This document shows, piece after piece, positions 1-12,440 of a DNA stretch of 40,268 bases (positions are counted from its first letter, which is position 1; each line of letters opens with the position of its first letter). Origin of the DNA: Reclinomonas americana ATCC 50394 (Eukaryota); assembly GCA_048213135.1 (NCBI GenBank), contig PS015129.1:79369-119636 (forward strand). Direction: 5' to 3'. The position numbers and the translations under genes are program-made. The notes below the pieces were generated by a model, which was given only the letters and a program-made list of their open reading frames with translations, was not told the DNA's origin and made no database searches.

Positions 1-4
1 TTAG

Positions 5-1266
5 AGAGCAACACCCATGATGGACACAGACAGAAGAACTGACCCCACGATTGCGTAAGTTAGGAGGCAGAGCGGGTTCAAGAAGAACAAGCCAAAGGAA
101 ATATACGCTCGACAGAGAGAGTAGCGGCTGCAATTCCGAGAGTGCAGAAGGGATTCCTGGAGAAGACAATGAGGAGAGAGTGGAGTAAGAGATTGTGAGA
201 GAGAGATTGTGTGAGAGAGGTTCAAGAACAACAGGAGTGGAAGTGTCGTGCAGACAGAAGACTGACACGCGCAACGATGCCCGCTCCGAGAGGCAAGGAA
301 GATTGTTGTGAGGATAGTGAGGAGAGGGGAGTGAGAGACAGTGTGGGAGAGAGATTCAAGAACAGCAGGAGTGAAGGTGTCGCACAAGATCGACGCCTGC
401 TCTCGAGCATGCAAACGAGAGTCTTTGAGAAGAAGGAGAGAGGGGAGTGAGAGACAGAGTGTGAGAGACGATTCAAGAACAACTGGAGTGGAGGCTTCGT
501 GCAGCAGAAGACTGACTCCTGCTCTTGACAAGACAGATGGAGGGAAAGAGAGTGATTGAGAAGAGGGAGAGAGGGGAGTGAGAGAGAAAGTGGGTGAGAG
601 ACGATTCAACAACAGCTGGAGTGGAGGTGTCGTGCTGACAGCTGACTGCACTCGCAACGGAGCCCGCTCCGAGAGGCAGGGAAGATTGTGAGAAGGAGAC
701 TGGAGTGAAAGGTTGTGGGAGAGAGGTTTCAAGAACAGCAGGAGTGGAGGTGTCGCACTGCACAAGATCGACGCCTGCTGTTGGGTATGCAAACGAGAGT
801 CATTGAGAAGAAGGAGAGAGGGGAGCGAGAGACAGAGCGTGAGAGAAGATTCAAGAACAACTTGAGAGGTGCTGCTCTTGACAAGACAGATGAAGGGAAA
901 TGAGAGTGAGTGAGAGAAGAGAGGGGGGGCACCTAACAGTGAAGAGCAACACGAACACGCGGCGCTGCCTGCTCCGAAAATGAGAAAAAGAAACGCGACA
1001 GATACCTCCTTCTCCAGCATACGACCTCCCTCTCCAACACACTGACTGATTGCCGCTTTTGCAGAAAACTCACGGCACGCTCCAAGGGCGGGTCGACCAC
1101 AGTGAGTGCGGCCAAGAATCGCGTGCAACAACTCGAGTCGCTGCTGGCGGAGGAGGAGCAGAGAAGAAAACATGCAGAGGAGGAGCTGAAGATGACGGAG
1201 AAGCAGCTGGATTTCTTGGAGACCCTCGTGGTCACGGTGCCGACTTCAAAAGACAACAAGTCGTAG
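5..1266 (+). CDS. 3' part of a hypothetical protein with a C-terminal coiled coil (partial; tentative exons ~5-54 and ~945-1266)
   Basis: Open frame ending ...KLTARSKGGSTTVSAAKNRVQQLESLLAEEEQRRKHAEEELKMTEKQLDFLETLVVTVPTSKDNKS* (TAG 1264-1266), with a heptad-like pattern. GTAAGT donor at 55, CTAAC at ~933 and a phase-compatible AG at 943-944. An alternative acceptor exists at 1064. Exon boundaries are uncertain. Confidence 0.45.
205..920. repeat. Degenerate ~125-bp tandem repeat, six units in an ABC-ABC higher-order arrangement (probably intronic)
   Basis: Anchor ttcaa(g/c)aac...ggagtgga at 221, 355, 472, 605, 728 and 850 (last copy degenerate). Unit-specific motifs recur about 380 bp apart: gcccgctccgagaggca, cacaagatcgacgcctgct and gctcttgacaagacagatg. 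Confidence 0.85.
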
Positions 1267-1830
1267 TAGCGAGCGCGGATGTGAGGAGGAAGCGTGTTTG
1301 TTGGCGTGTTTTTTGTACTATTTTTACGACGGCCCAGTTTGTGCTGGTGTAGTTTTGTGTGGCGGGTGTGCGTGTGTGTAGTGAAGGCCTCCTCCGCGTT
1401 GGTTCTTGAAGGGGAGGAGAGGGAGGGAAGGAGTTGCGACACAGCAACGTTCTAAGGAGAGGGAGCAAGAGTTTTGGAAGCGAACAACAAGCTCCGGCAG
1501 CTGTCTTGATCGCAGCTTCGTCTGCGTGCACAAAGACTTGTCTCTTCTGCCACGGCGTCGCTTGAACGGCTCTTTCGTCTCCCAAACGCAGGCCCGACTT
1601 CAAGTCCATTCACCGGCAAACAACAATGAAGTGGCATTTGAAGTCCTCTGCGTCCTCCACAAACACATCCGCATCGCACCATGGCAACGACCAAGGTACG
1701 GACTCTCCCTCTCCCCCTCCCACTCCCTCTCCCTCCCCCTCCCACTCCCTCTCCCTCTCCCCCTCCCTCTCCCTCTCCCTCTCCCTTTCCCTCTTTCCCT
1801 CTCCCCCTCCCCTCTCCCCCTCCCTCTCCC

Positions 1831-2234
1831 NNNNNNNNNNNNNNNNNNNNNNNNNNNNNNNNNNNNNNNNNNNNNNNNNNNNNNNNNNNNNNNNNNNNNN
1901 NNNNNNNNNNNNNNNNNNNNNNNNNNNNNNNNNNNNNNNNNNNNNNNNNNNNNNNNNNNNNNNNNNNNNNNNNNNNNNNNNNNNNNNNNNNNNNNNNNNN
2001 NNNNNNNNNNNNNNNNNNNNNNNNNNNNNNNNNNNNNNNNNNNNNNNNNNNNNNNNNNNNNNNNNNNNNNNNNNNNNNNNNNNNNNNNNNNNNNNNNNNN
2101 NNNNNNNNNNNNNNNNNNNNNNNNNNNNNNNNNNNNNNNNNNNNNNNNNNNNNNNNNNNNNNNNNNNNNNNNNNNNNNNNNNNNNNNNNNNNNNNNNNNN
2201 NNNNNNNNNNNNNNNNNNNNNNNNNNNNNNNNNN
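1831..2234. other. Assembly gap (N run); further gaps at 3644-3663, 11794-12424, 13216-13598, 15163-15371 and 18475-18740
   Basis: Runs of N, mostly abutting (CT)n/(GA)n/(CTCCCT)n microsatellites. Confidence 1.
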
Positions 2235-2393
2235 CTGGCGGGGGAGGAGGTGGAGGCGGCGAGGGTGGCGGTGGGGGTGGTGGGGGGGATGATGCGGGGT
2301 GGGGAAGAGGAGTGGGTTCTTGTGGATGTGGTGTTGAGGTGTTTCTTGGTGGAGGAGGCGGAGGTGGTGCGGTGGAGGGCGGAGGGGTGGTAG
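2235..2393 (+). CDS. C-terminal fragment of a probable paralog of the WD40 gene at 27625-28704 (rest lost in gap)
   Basis: LAGEEVEAARVAVGVVGGMMRGGEEEWVLVDVVLRCFLVEEAEVVRWRAEGW* aligns by eye with the WD40 tail LASDELSQARAAMQAVQQM...EEEE...LPEMVLRCFIVEDASVVLNRCRGDPGSWW*. Confidence 0.65.
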   Translation: MAGEEVEAARVAVGVVGGMMRGGEEEWVLVDVVLRCFLVEEAEVVRWRAEGW

Positions 2394-3099
2394 GAGGACA
2401 TGGCAGTGAATAGTATTATGTGAATCGCATTGCCCAGCGGCGACGTCACCTACGTGACGAAGCCCACGCTCCCCCTCCATATATTCCATACTATTGATCC
2501 CTAACCCTTACTCCGTCGTTTGACCCGTCGCCCGGACACCAGGGCACCCTCCTGATGTGACCGAGTTTACGTGGCTACCTTAGCAGTGGGAGGCCGTGTG
2601 GATTTTCAATGGAAGTGGCGCTGACGGTGCTGAAGCGGGAGTAACTGACCCTGATGAACGGCCACGTTGCGATTCTGCAGCTGGGATAAATCACGGTCGA
2701 ATGGTCGACGGATATGCACCCCCGTTCCATGCATGATGCCGTTCAGCACGACCTGAAACGCATACTTTGACGTAGAGTCGATCGAGGACCTCAATGTACA
2801 GGAGACACAGATACAAAGCAACTGATCATTCACTGCTTATGAGGGAATGATCTTGCAGGCCACACAGTTGAGTCAGTCGTCATCCGCACTCCTGCACGCA
2901 CCGCACGAAAGAGAATCAGTGCCAAACTCCAAATCGGTGCACAACCCCAACACGAATGCACAGAAGGAGATCGACTCAGACTTGAGTGTGTTGATCGCAT
3001 GCGCCCTCCTCGGGCATCAGAAGTAGCAAATATTGTTTAACATCATTGTTTCTCTCCTTCCCAGACCCTCCTCTTCCTCTTCTCCATCCTCCCCGCCAC

Positions 3100-3477
3100 T
3101 CACCTCTGCTTCTGCTCCTCCTCCTCCTCCACATCGCCACGGCGCCGCTTCTGCTGCTTGCGCAAAAAGTCCTCATAAAAGATGCGCGCCACATTGTGCC
3201 GTCGACTGAGCGGATGCACCAAATGCCGCAGCGTTCGCTGCTTGCGCACTGCACACAAGAAGGGAATGAGCGACCATGTCCTGCACGAGTCAATCTCAGA
3301 TTATAACGCAACATGCCACCGCCACTCGCTCATCAAACGACGCCACATCCATCAGGCACGTCATGGCCGACAGTCGGGCACGCATCACGGCCGACGACTT
3401 GCCGTTTTCGCAGCACACCAAGTCCACCAGCTCGGTCACGCCGTCCATCGAGAGCAGCACGGCGGCGTTTTGAGGGT
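3100..3477 (-). CDS. Last two exons (3313-3477, 3100-3248) of a hypothetical, possibly ARM/HEAT-like protein (partial)
   Basis: Splicing (cag acceptor, GTTGCG donor at 3312, gtgcag acceptor) gives PQNAAVLLSMDGVTELVDLVCCENGKSSAVMRARLSAMTCLMDVASFDERVAVALRKQRTLRHLVHPLSRRHNVARIFYEDFLRKQQKRRRGDVEEEEEQKQR*. The family call is only an impression. Confidence 0.65.
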
Positions 3478-3499
3478 CTGCACAGGGGGAAATGAGGAA

Positions 3500-3663
3500 T
3501 GGAGAGGGAGAGGGAGAGGGAGAGGGAGAGGGAGAGGGAGAGGGAGAGGGAGAGGGAGAGGAGAGGAGGAAGAGAGGAGAGGGAAGGAGAAGGAGAAGGA
3601 GAGGAGAAGGAGAGGAGAGGAAGAAGAGGAAGAGGAAGAGAGANNNNNNNNNNNNNNNNNNNN

Positions 3664-3729
<66 letters not shown>

Positions 3730-3795
3730 TCTTCTTCTTCTTCTTCTTCTTCTTCTTGTTCCTGTTCCTGTTCTCCTCCTCCTCCTCCTCATCCT
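3500..3795. repeat. Microsatellite block (GAGAGG)n / gap / (TC)n / (TTC)n
   Basis: Directly visible. Similar tracts occur at 1703-1830, 13010-13205, 15097-15162 and 29712-29815. Confidence 0.95.
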
Positions 3796-3816
3796 CTGCT
3801 CTCTCTCTTCACACAG

Positions 3817-4523
3817 GTGCATTTGAGGAGGCGCTGGCCAAGTACACGGATGCGCTGGTGCTGTGCGCCGACGATGACGTGTCGGTGAAGGCGCTGTTGC
3901 ATGGGAACAAGGCCGCGTGTCTGCTCAAGCTCGTTGCGTTGTGTGTGATGTGTGAGAGATGGGAGAGAGTGATGGGAGAGTGACTTGTAATGAGAGCATT
4001 GTTGTTATCAGCTTCGTATCGCTGTCTCTCGTTCGTTGTTGCCCTCCTTCTGCCTGATCGTGTTGAGCGCATGGTGGCGTTGCTTCACTACCTCCGCGCT
4101 GAATGAGGGATGCGTCGTTGTTGTGCGCTCCTTGCTGCATCGCTGTCTCTCGTTGTTCTTGTTGTTGCCTTCTTCCCTTTCTCTCTGATCGTGTTGAGCG
4201 TACGGCGGACTCGATTCACCTCCTGGCACACTGAAAGAGCAATCCGCTGTTGCTCGTCTCTGTTGCTGTTCCTTTGCATTGTTGTCGCTGTCGCCTTCTT
4301 CCTTTTCTCGCCGTGCTCACTGCGTGAGCATTCCGCTGTTGTTGTGTCTCCCTTGCTGTAACATCGTCGTTGTTGTTCTTGCCTTGTTCCCATCTCGCCT
4401 TGTTCCCTTCCTACCTGCTGCATTCGGTTCTGAACCCTGGCACGCTTCAAAAACAACGCGCTGTGCTCTGTCTTTCTTGCCGTGTCTTTGTCGTCGTTGT
4501 TGCTGTTACCTTCTTCTCTATCG

Positions 4524-4565
<42 letters not shown>

Positions 4566-5119
4566 CTTTGGTCTCTCCTTCCCTTCTCCCTTCCCTTCTC
4601 CCTTCCCCTCTCCCTCCGTACCTCCCTCCCCCCCTCACATCACCCTTCACAGAAGCGATACGACGATGCTGTGCAATGCTGCAACGACTCACTGGAGTGC
4701 GACGACAAGTACGTCAAGGCGCTGTACCGGCGAGCGGTGGCATACGAAGAGTCGGATCGACCAGTGGAGGCACTGACAGGTGCGCATCGCTCGCTCCCTC
4801 CCTCTATCCTTCTCCCTCCCTCACCCCATCCTTCCCCCTCCTTCCCGCAGACATGGAACAAGCCGTGGAGCTCGCACCCGACCTCGCCGAGGGCCACGCC
4901 GCACTCCCTCGCCTGCGCCGCAAGGCCGAGGCGAAAACCGAGCGCGACAAGACCGAAATGCTCGACAAGCTCAAGACGCTCGGCAACAGCATTCTCGGCA
5001 AGTTCGGCCTCTCCCTCGACAACTTCAAGGCCGAGAAGCAGGAGAACGGCCAGTACAGCATCAGTTTCGGCAAGCCAGGCGACGGTGCCAGTGGTAGTGG
5101 AGGCGCCCCTGGTCGTTGA
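3817..5119 (+). CDS. TTC1: TPR protein, TTC1-like (5' end missing; exons 3817-3932, 4653-4779, 4851-5119)
   Basis: TPR motifs FEEALAKYTDAL, LHGNKAACLLKL|KRYDDAVQCC and YVKALYRRAVAYE, plus the characteristic tail EMLDKLKTLGNSILGKFGLSLDNFKAEKQENGQYSISF. Confidence 0.85.
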
Positions 5120-5430
5120 AGTGAAAATCGATGTAGAATTGACGTGGGTCGACAATCACTACGCAGGAGAACTGACAACGACGACGTTTTCTCCGAAGCT
5201 GCAGCAGGACAACTCGATCTCCGAAGCGCAGCGTGCGCGCTTCCTCTCTCCCTCTCCCTCCCTCTCCCCTCGTATGCTTCTTCGTCTTCTCCCTCTCTCC
5301 CATCGATTACCACACGTCGGTGAGCCGTCGACACCGTCGTGATGAAGTCGTGCCGACAGGAGAATCCAGGCACACTCATCTGACTCCCGTGTGCGTGCAC
5401 GCAGTCACTCACACGCCTGCACGCCACCTC

Positions 5431-8400
5431 ATGGCCTCCTCCTCCTCCTCTCCCTCCTCACCGGCTCCCAGTCGACCTCCGCTCTCCTCCGGTCGCTCCG
5501 AAGCCTCGGTGTTTCGCGATCGGTCGCCCGGCGACAAGTTCACCAATGCACTCATCGACGAGAAGAGCCCGTACCTCTTGCAGCACGCTCATAACCCAGG
5601 TCTTGCCTCACATCATCCTCTCGGTGAGGAGAGGCACGCTCGTTAACCCCGGGCCCTCCACGCAGTCAACTGGCTTCCGTGGTCGCCCGAAGCCATTCGC
5701 GAGGCCAGCGAGCGCGACTGCCTGATCTTCCTGTCGATCGGCTACAGCACGTGTCATTGGTGTCACGTTGCGTTCCGTGGTGGGACTCTCTCTCTCTCTC
5801 TCGGGAGGAGAGCGATCTGACGGCAGTGGCAGGTCATGGAGCGAGAATCGTTTGAGAATCCGGCCATTGCCGCCATCCTCAACAAGGACTTTGTGAGCAT
5901 CAAGGTCGATCGGGAGGTGAGTGGCGGGCATCATGACTGGGATGCAGAGAGGAGAAGCAGGGATTCGATTGCAGCGATGCAGGCAAAGACTGCACGTTTG
6001 TGGCTTCACAATGGCGCCTCGTGAGTTTCCTGTCTTCTCCTCTCTCTTTGTCTCTGCTTCGAAGTGTCTGTTGTTATAGCTTGTCTTCGCACTTCACTGC
6101 ATCGCCGATCTGCAGCCTGTTGTCGTCGACAGTCTCCTCAGTGATCTCTCCTCGTGCAACTGTTGTCATGCAGCTGGTTTTTCTTCATTTCATCTCTGCC
6201 CCGCTGCTTCAATGACTCTACATCACTGTTGCATAAGTAGACTTCCTTGTGCACTCCACTGCATTGCTTATCTGCATCCTGTTTTGCCGACAGTTTCCTC
6301 AGTGTCTTCCTTCTCCTCGTGATCCGAAGCGAATGTTGTCATTCATGCATGGTCTTTTCTTCATTTCGTCTCTTTCCCGCTGCTTCTTCTACTCGAGGTC
6401 ACTGATGTCCCTTCCAGTTGCACAAGTGGACTTCAATGTGCACTTCAGTTGATCTACAACCTGTTGTTCTGTTCAGTTTCCTCTGTGCAAGTGATTTTTC
6501 TGCTGCTTCTGTTGCTTCACGATTCGCCTTGTTCTCTCTCAGCTTCTGCTTTTCTGACTTTTGGTCACTGTTGCACAAGTGGACTTCCTTGTGCACTCCA
6601 CTGCTTTGCTTTTCTGCAGTCTGCGATTGCCGACAGTCACAGCAAGTGGTCTACCTTCTCCTGACTGTTTCTCTCCTCCCATTCCCTCCCTGCTTCGCTG
6701 CTTCTGTGACTCGAAGTCACTGTTGTTCTGTTCCATCCCCCTTCAGTTTTCTCCTTCTCACCAACTCCTCCTCCACCGCTCAGGAACGCCCTGATGTCGA
6801 CGCGGTCTACATGGTTTGGCCGTCGTAGATGCAGAGCACGATTCCATTTTTCATGCCCTCCTCATGCACATCCGCAGCGATTCCTGCAAGCGACCACTGG
6901 CTCTGGTGGATGGCCACTGAATGCATTCCTCACTCCCGATCTGAAACCGCTGGTGGCAAGTGCGTCTTCGGGTGACTCTCTCGTTCAGAGTCGAGATCAC
7001 TCATGTTTCCTCTGCGCAGTGACGTACCTGCCACCCGACGATCGCAGTGGACGGCCCGGCCTCCCCCGCGTGCTGCGCAATCTGGTGAGTGATATTCCGC
7101 TGCATGCAGCGAGCGCTTCCCTGTTCACCGTCCTCGCCTCATTTCGCAGGCTGCCGCGTGGCGCACCAGTCGCGATGAACTTGTTGCGAAAAACATTCCC
7201 GTCGGCCTCTTCTTCCTGCCCTATCTTCATCACTTTTCCCTCTCCTCCCAGATCTCACAAAGCCAGCAAGTTCTCGACGCACTGAAACAGGACCAGCATG
7301 GGTCCGAGTTGGGCGAGAAAGCCGCCGAATCCATGTTACAGCAGGGCCGCCAGATTGCCGAGTTGAGCGACAGCAAAATACGTGCGCACGCTGCTCTGCT
7401 TCGCACTCACTCGACTTTGCAGGTCGTGCGTTCGCCTGTTTGCTGCTCAATACGACGAGGCGCGCGGTGGCTTCTCGCGTTCACCCAAGTTCCCTCGCCC
7501 TGTGGAACTCCAATTCCTCATGCAGGCGCATGCCATTGGTCTCGGCGGAGGTCAGCACATCATCGTTGTTGTGACTTGCGTGACGAGTCCGGAGTGGCTC
7601 ACCTCTCCACTTCTGGCGGTGCAGATAGGCGCCGTCGACACACTGCCTTGCAGATGGTGACACGCACGCTCGAGTGCATGGCCCGTGGCGGCGTGTACGA
7701 CCATCTTGGTGCGTGCTGGAGAGAGGGATGTCTTGGTGTGCTGTACACTCACCCTTTGGTGCACTGCAGGTGGTGGTTTCCATCGCTACTCCGTGGACGA
7801 GTACTGGCATGTGCCGCACTTTGAAAAGAGTTACTGATGATTCTTGGTGGCGTGGGGGGGGGGGGGGGGGTTGTCGGAGAACTCACTGACGTTTTCTCGT
7901 GTCGATCAGTGATGTACGACCAAGCGCAGCTTGTGTGCGCTTACCTAGACGCGTACTTGCTCACCAAGGACGAGTACTTTGCACGTGGTGAGTGCGGTAT
8001 GAGTGGATAAGTGGGTGCTCCGAGAGCGAACACACACAAGAAAACCTACCGCTGCCCTCAAGACTGGTGTTAGTGTCGATGTTTTGAATATCGCTGCACT
8101 TGGTCAACGAGACAGCTGTTGCATGTTTGTTGATGAACGAATTGTGGTGACCCTGTATGCCCTTGCTACTCTCTCAGACTCCCAATGATGATATGATCTT
8201 TTCTTCACTCTTTCTTTAGTTCGCTGTGAGATCACCTGCAGTTGTCCTTGTTGACCAGCATGCCCTTTCTACTCTCTCCGCTCCCTCCTACTGAATTCTT
8301 CTTCCCTGTTCAAGTGGGCGCTTTCCGTGAGATTTCCTGCAGTTGTTCTTGTTGCCGCGACCTGCCACCACCACTCTCTACTTCTCCATGCCCTCTCTCT

Positions 8401-10768
8401 GCATGACCAGTGTGCCGTCTCTACTTTCTCAGCTCCCTCCTACTGAATTCTTCTGTCCCTTTTCAAGTGGCGCTTTCAGCACTCTTTCTCTCGTTCGCTG
8501 TGAGTCCGCCTGCTATTATCCTTCTCCCCCTTCTAAGCTCTTCTTCCCCTTTTCAAAGGTGCTTGCAACACTCTCTCTTTCGCTGTGAGACCTCCTGCTG
8601 TTGTTCGTCTTTCTACTGCCCATTCTATTCCCATCTCCCTTCTTGGCATTTCCTTCCCCTTTCCCTCTCTATCTCTCTCTCATGCCTGTTGACCCATTCT
8701 TGTTTCGGTTCTTCTTTATTCCTCTTCACTTCACTTCTTCCATTTTTTCTCTCTTCTTCTCATCTTCTTCTTCTCCCCCACTCCGCAGTGGCTCGCGAAA
8801 CTCTGGAATACGTCGAGCGTGACATGACACACCCCTTTGGTGGCGTGTACTCGGCCGAGGACGCCGACTCTGCCGTCTCACCGGGCGGCGAAAAGGTACC
8901 GTGCCAAGAGTTACTCGTCCACTCCCGCCCGCCCGCCCGTGCTCACTCCATCGCTGCGCAGAAAGAGGGCGCATTCTACTTGTGGGACGCTCGCGAGATC
9001 GAGTCCCTGCTCACTGCCGAAGAGTACGAGGCCTTCTCCGCCGCCTGCGGTGTGCAGGTCGGCGGTAACATTCGTCCGCGCTCCGATCCGCACCACGAGA
9101 TGCGCGGCCTGAACTGCTTGTACCGCCACCTCACCGACAGCGAAGTGGCCGACAAGATGAACTCTTATGTGCGTCAGTAGCTTCTCCACTCGCCGCTCAC
9201 TCTCTCATGAGTACGTGACAGGAGGAGCACGTGGTGGAGCTGCTGAAAAGCGCCAAGCGCAAGCTGTTGGAGGCTCGGTCGTCGCGCCCGCGTCCCCATC
9301 TCGACGACAAGTGTGTCACAGCGTGGAATGGTCTGTGGCTGTCCGCACTGGCCAAGGCGTATGGTGTACTCGGTCAGTGTGAGATAGCGTCGAAGACCGT
9401 TGGCTAAGGAGTGTTTGCGTGCTCACCTCTTGGGTGCAGGAGACCACGTGTACTTGGAACGCGCATCACGACTGGTGCGTTTCGTGCGAATGCACCTGTT
9501 CGAGAGTGCATCCAACACGCTGTGGCGCTCGTTCCGCGGCGAGGAGCGGTCCTCCATCCCGGGATTCGCTGCCGATTATGCATTCTTCAGTGCGTAGTCC
9601 GTCTTGGAGAATGAACCTCCTTTGTCTCACTCACGCGATTGCAGTTGCTGGACTGCTGGACCTGTACGAGGTGTCGGGAGAGGTTGAGCACTTGGAGGTG
9701 AATTTTATGTTGTGGTGTTTCCACTGCCACTGGGAACGACATGCACTCACTCGCTCTCACTCGCGCGCAGATGGCACTCAACCTGCAACACACGCAAAAT
9801 CGACTGTTCTACGACTGCTCAGCGTCGTCCGGCGATGTGGGTGGCTACTTTGACGCTGCCGGCTCCGATCCGCACCTGATTCTGCGCTTGAAGGACACGT
9901 ACGGTGCGTTCCTCTGTGCTTGCGCGGCTGGAACTGTCTTCGTTTCGTTCATTCTATCACTTTGGCAGATGGCGCCGAACCGTCGCCCAACTCGGTCACC
10001 GTACTCAACCTCACTCGCTTCAAGTGGTTGTTCGGGGAAAATCGATTCACGCCAGACATTGCCAACACCAACTTTGAGTCGATGGCACAGGCCACGGTCG
10101 GCACGGTGATTGGCCAGCTGCGGTGAGAGGGACACAAGCTGCTGGAACCGCGTGCTTCTTTTGTGTGACTGAAAAAGCCACCTGCAGAGAGGTCCCGCAC
10201 TCGCTGCCGCTCATGCTTTGCGGTCTACTGGCGCTCACTACCTCGCCGGTTCGCATCGTACTCGTTGAGGCCGAAGACGGGCAGCAGGTGCTGTCACTCA
10301 ACAGTGCCATGATCACGGTTGGTTGACAGCATTTGCGTGCTCCCCTGCTGCGTTGCAATCGCCACTCACCGGCGTGCCTCCAGGCGGCCAACTCGGTCTA
10401 CCTGCCACACCGGTACTTGCTGCGTCTGGATCGCTCCGATGGCACCGAGTGGCTCCTCGCCAACTCCACAGTTGCGTCCGCTCTCGCGTTCCTCATCATT
10501 CGAATCGTCGTGTGTGACCGCCGTCGACAGAGTGGCGATGAGTTGCAAGCGTACGTGCGCGAATCGCCGGCCGACAAGCCGCGCGCCTTTGTCTGCCGTG
10601 AACAGACGTGCCAGCCGCCAGTGGACAAGGTGTGGGCGAGAGGAATGATTGGGTACTGCTGATCGGCGGACTGACATGTGTTGCTCACAGCCCGAAGACC
10701 TGGTGCGACAGCTGGTGGAGGCGCAGTCGCTGGCGATGGGCGAGAGTGCTGCTGAGCGCGTAGGGTAG
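5431..10768 (+). CDS. SPATA20: SPATA20/YyaL family protein (thioredoxin-like plus six-hairpin glycosidase-like), about 20 exons
   Basis: Spliced motifs [130 protein letters not shown] and [16 protein letters not shown] 5431, TAG 10766-10768. Confidence 0.95.
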
Positions 10769-12440
10769 ATGCTGAATGAAGGCACTCTCATAGATGGACA
10801 TGGGCGTTCGAAAAAAGTTTCGGAGTGTGCGCAGCATTGCTTTGTGTGCCAAACAGCAAGTGGTGTGGTGTGGTGGATGGGGGCCCGTAGTGAGCGACGG
10901 ATGGGTCGGGGCGGGAACAGCAAGTCCGTCAGTTGCGAATCTATCTCGACGAAAAACGGTAGATTTGCACGATTTACGCGCGCAGACAAGTTGCAAGACA
11001 CAGTTCTGCACTGCTCTTCTTCTTCGCCTCCCTGTTAGACTTCTTTTTGACACGCACACACACACGCACGTGTGTGCATCTGCATCGCACTCTTTATTTT
11101 GTTAACATCTCTGTTTTGCGGTGAGTAGTGTCGGATTGCAGCAGTGGGCAGTTGTCGTGATCGCTCTCTCCCCTTCTCTCTGTGAATGTGTGTGCGTGTG
11201 TGTGGCAGAGCGTTGGTCAAGTGCACTTGTTGTCACCCCATCTCTTCCCCTACTGCGATGCGATCGTCTTGGTTGTGGTTCATCTCTCTCTCTCAGTCAT
11301 GCAGAGTCGATGCTCGCATGCGAGCTCTCTCTCCCTCTCACTCTGTCTCTCGTCGCCGAAGTGGACCTCCACGAGACACACACCTCTGTGCGTCTCTGTG
11401 TGTGTGGCCGTGGTGGGCGTCGCCGTGACTGCTCGTGTCTGTCGCTTGTTGGTTCACGACGACATCTGTCAGCCGTGTGTTGTCTGCTTGCTCTGTCTTC
11501 CATGTCTCTGCGTCAACGCTGGCACTGTGATTCACGTGGAGAGCTGACGGACTGGCCGAAGCAGAGCGCAAGAGAACCACAATGCACTGTGCTGCCTGCC
11601 AGCTGGAGAGCAGACGACACGCCAGAACGAAACACGGCCGTGTCGTGTTCCCTCTGACCGCAGTTGTCGCTGCTTTGCACTCTCCCGAAGCAACTCTCAC
11701 TCTCCTCTCTCCTCCATGCTGCATGTTGGTGTGCACGACACGAAGAGACAACTCATGGCCATCGTTCTTCGTCGTGCACTGTCTCGCCCTTTGNNNNNNN
11801 NNNNNNNNNNNNNNNNNNNNNNNNNNNNNNNNNNNNNNNNNNNNNNNNNNNNNNNNNNNNNNNNNNNNNNNNNNNNNNNNNNNNNNNNNNNNNNNNNNNN
11901 NNNNNNNNNNNNNNNNNNNNNNNNNNNNNNNNNNNNNNNNNNNNNNNNNNNNNNNNNNNNNNNNNNNNNNNNNNNNNNNNNNNNNNNNNNNNNNNNNNNN
12001 NNNNNNNNNNNNNNNNNNNNNNNNNNNNNNNNNNNNNNNNNNNNNNNNNNNNNNNNNNNNNNNNNNNNNNNNNNNNNNNNNNNNNNNNNNNNNNNNNNNN
12101 NNNNNNNNNNNNNNNNNNNNNNNNNNNNNNNNNNNNNNNNNNNNNNNNNNNNNNNNNNNNNNNNNNNNNNNNNNNNNNNNNNNNNNNNNNNNNNNNNNNN
12201 NNNNNNNNNNNNNNNNNNNNNNNNNNNNNNNNNNNNNNNNNNNNNNNNNNNNNNNNNNNNNNNNNNNNNNNNNNNNNNNNNNNNNNNNNNNNNNNNNNNN
12301 NNNNNNNNNNNNNNNNNNNNNNNNNNNNNNNNNNNNNNNNNNNNNNNNNNNNNNNNNNNNNNNNNNNNNNNNNNNNNNNNNNNNNNNNNNNNNNNNNNNN
12401 NNNNNNNNNNNNNNNNNNNNNNNNTCTCTCTGACTCTCAC

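Noticed and set aside
205-920. CRISPR-like spacing of a repeated anchor
   Set aside because: The intervening sequences are themselves repeated and about 100 bp long, the anchors are degenerate, the context is eukaryotic, and there are no cas genes.
1-1173. 390-aa minus-strand ORF
   Set aside because: Leu/Ser-rich translation of the antisense of a GA-rich tandem repeat, with no protein-like signal.
1406-1696. Possible exon ending at donor AG|GTACGG (e.g. MKWHLKSS...)
   Set aside because: The donor is plausible but the frame and product cannot be determined, and downstream sequence is gap.
2498-2510. Telomere-like CCCTAACCCT
   Set aside because: Fewer than two full units, compatible with chance.
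2606-2833. Coding-looking stretch with stops (possible pseudogene or TE relic)
   Set aside because: No recognisable motif in any frame and no consistent splice model.
11100-11793. Possible gene start after SPATA20 (GTGAGT at 11121)
   Set aside because: I could not build a convincing exon chain before the gap.
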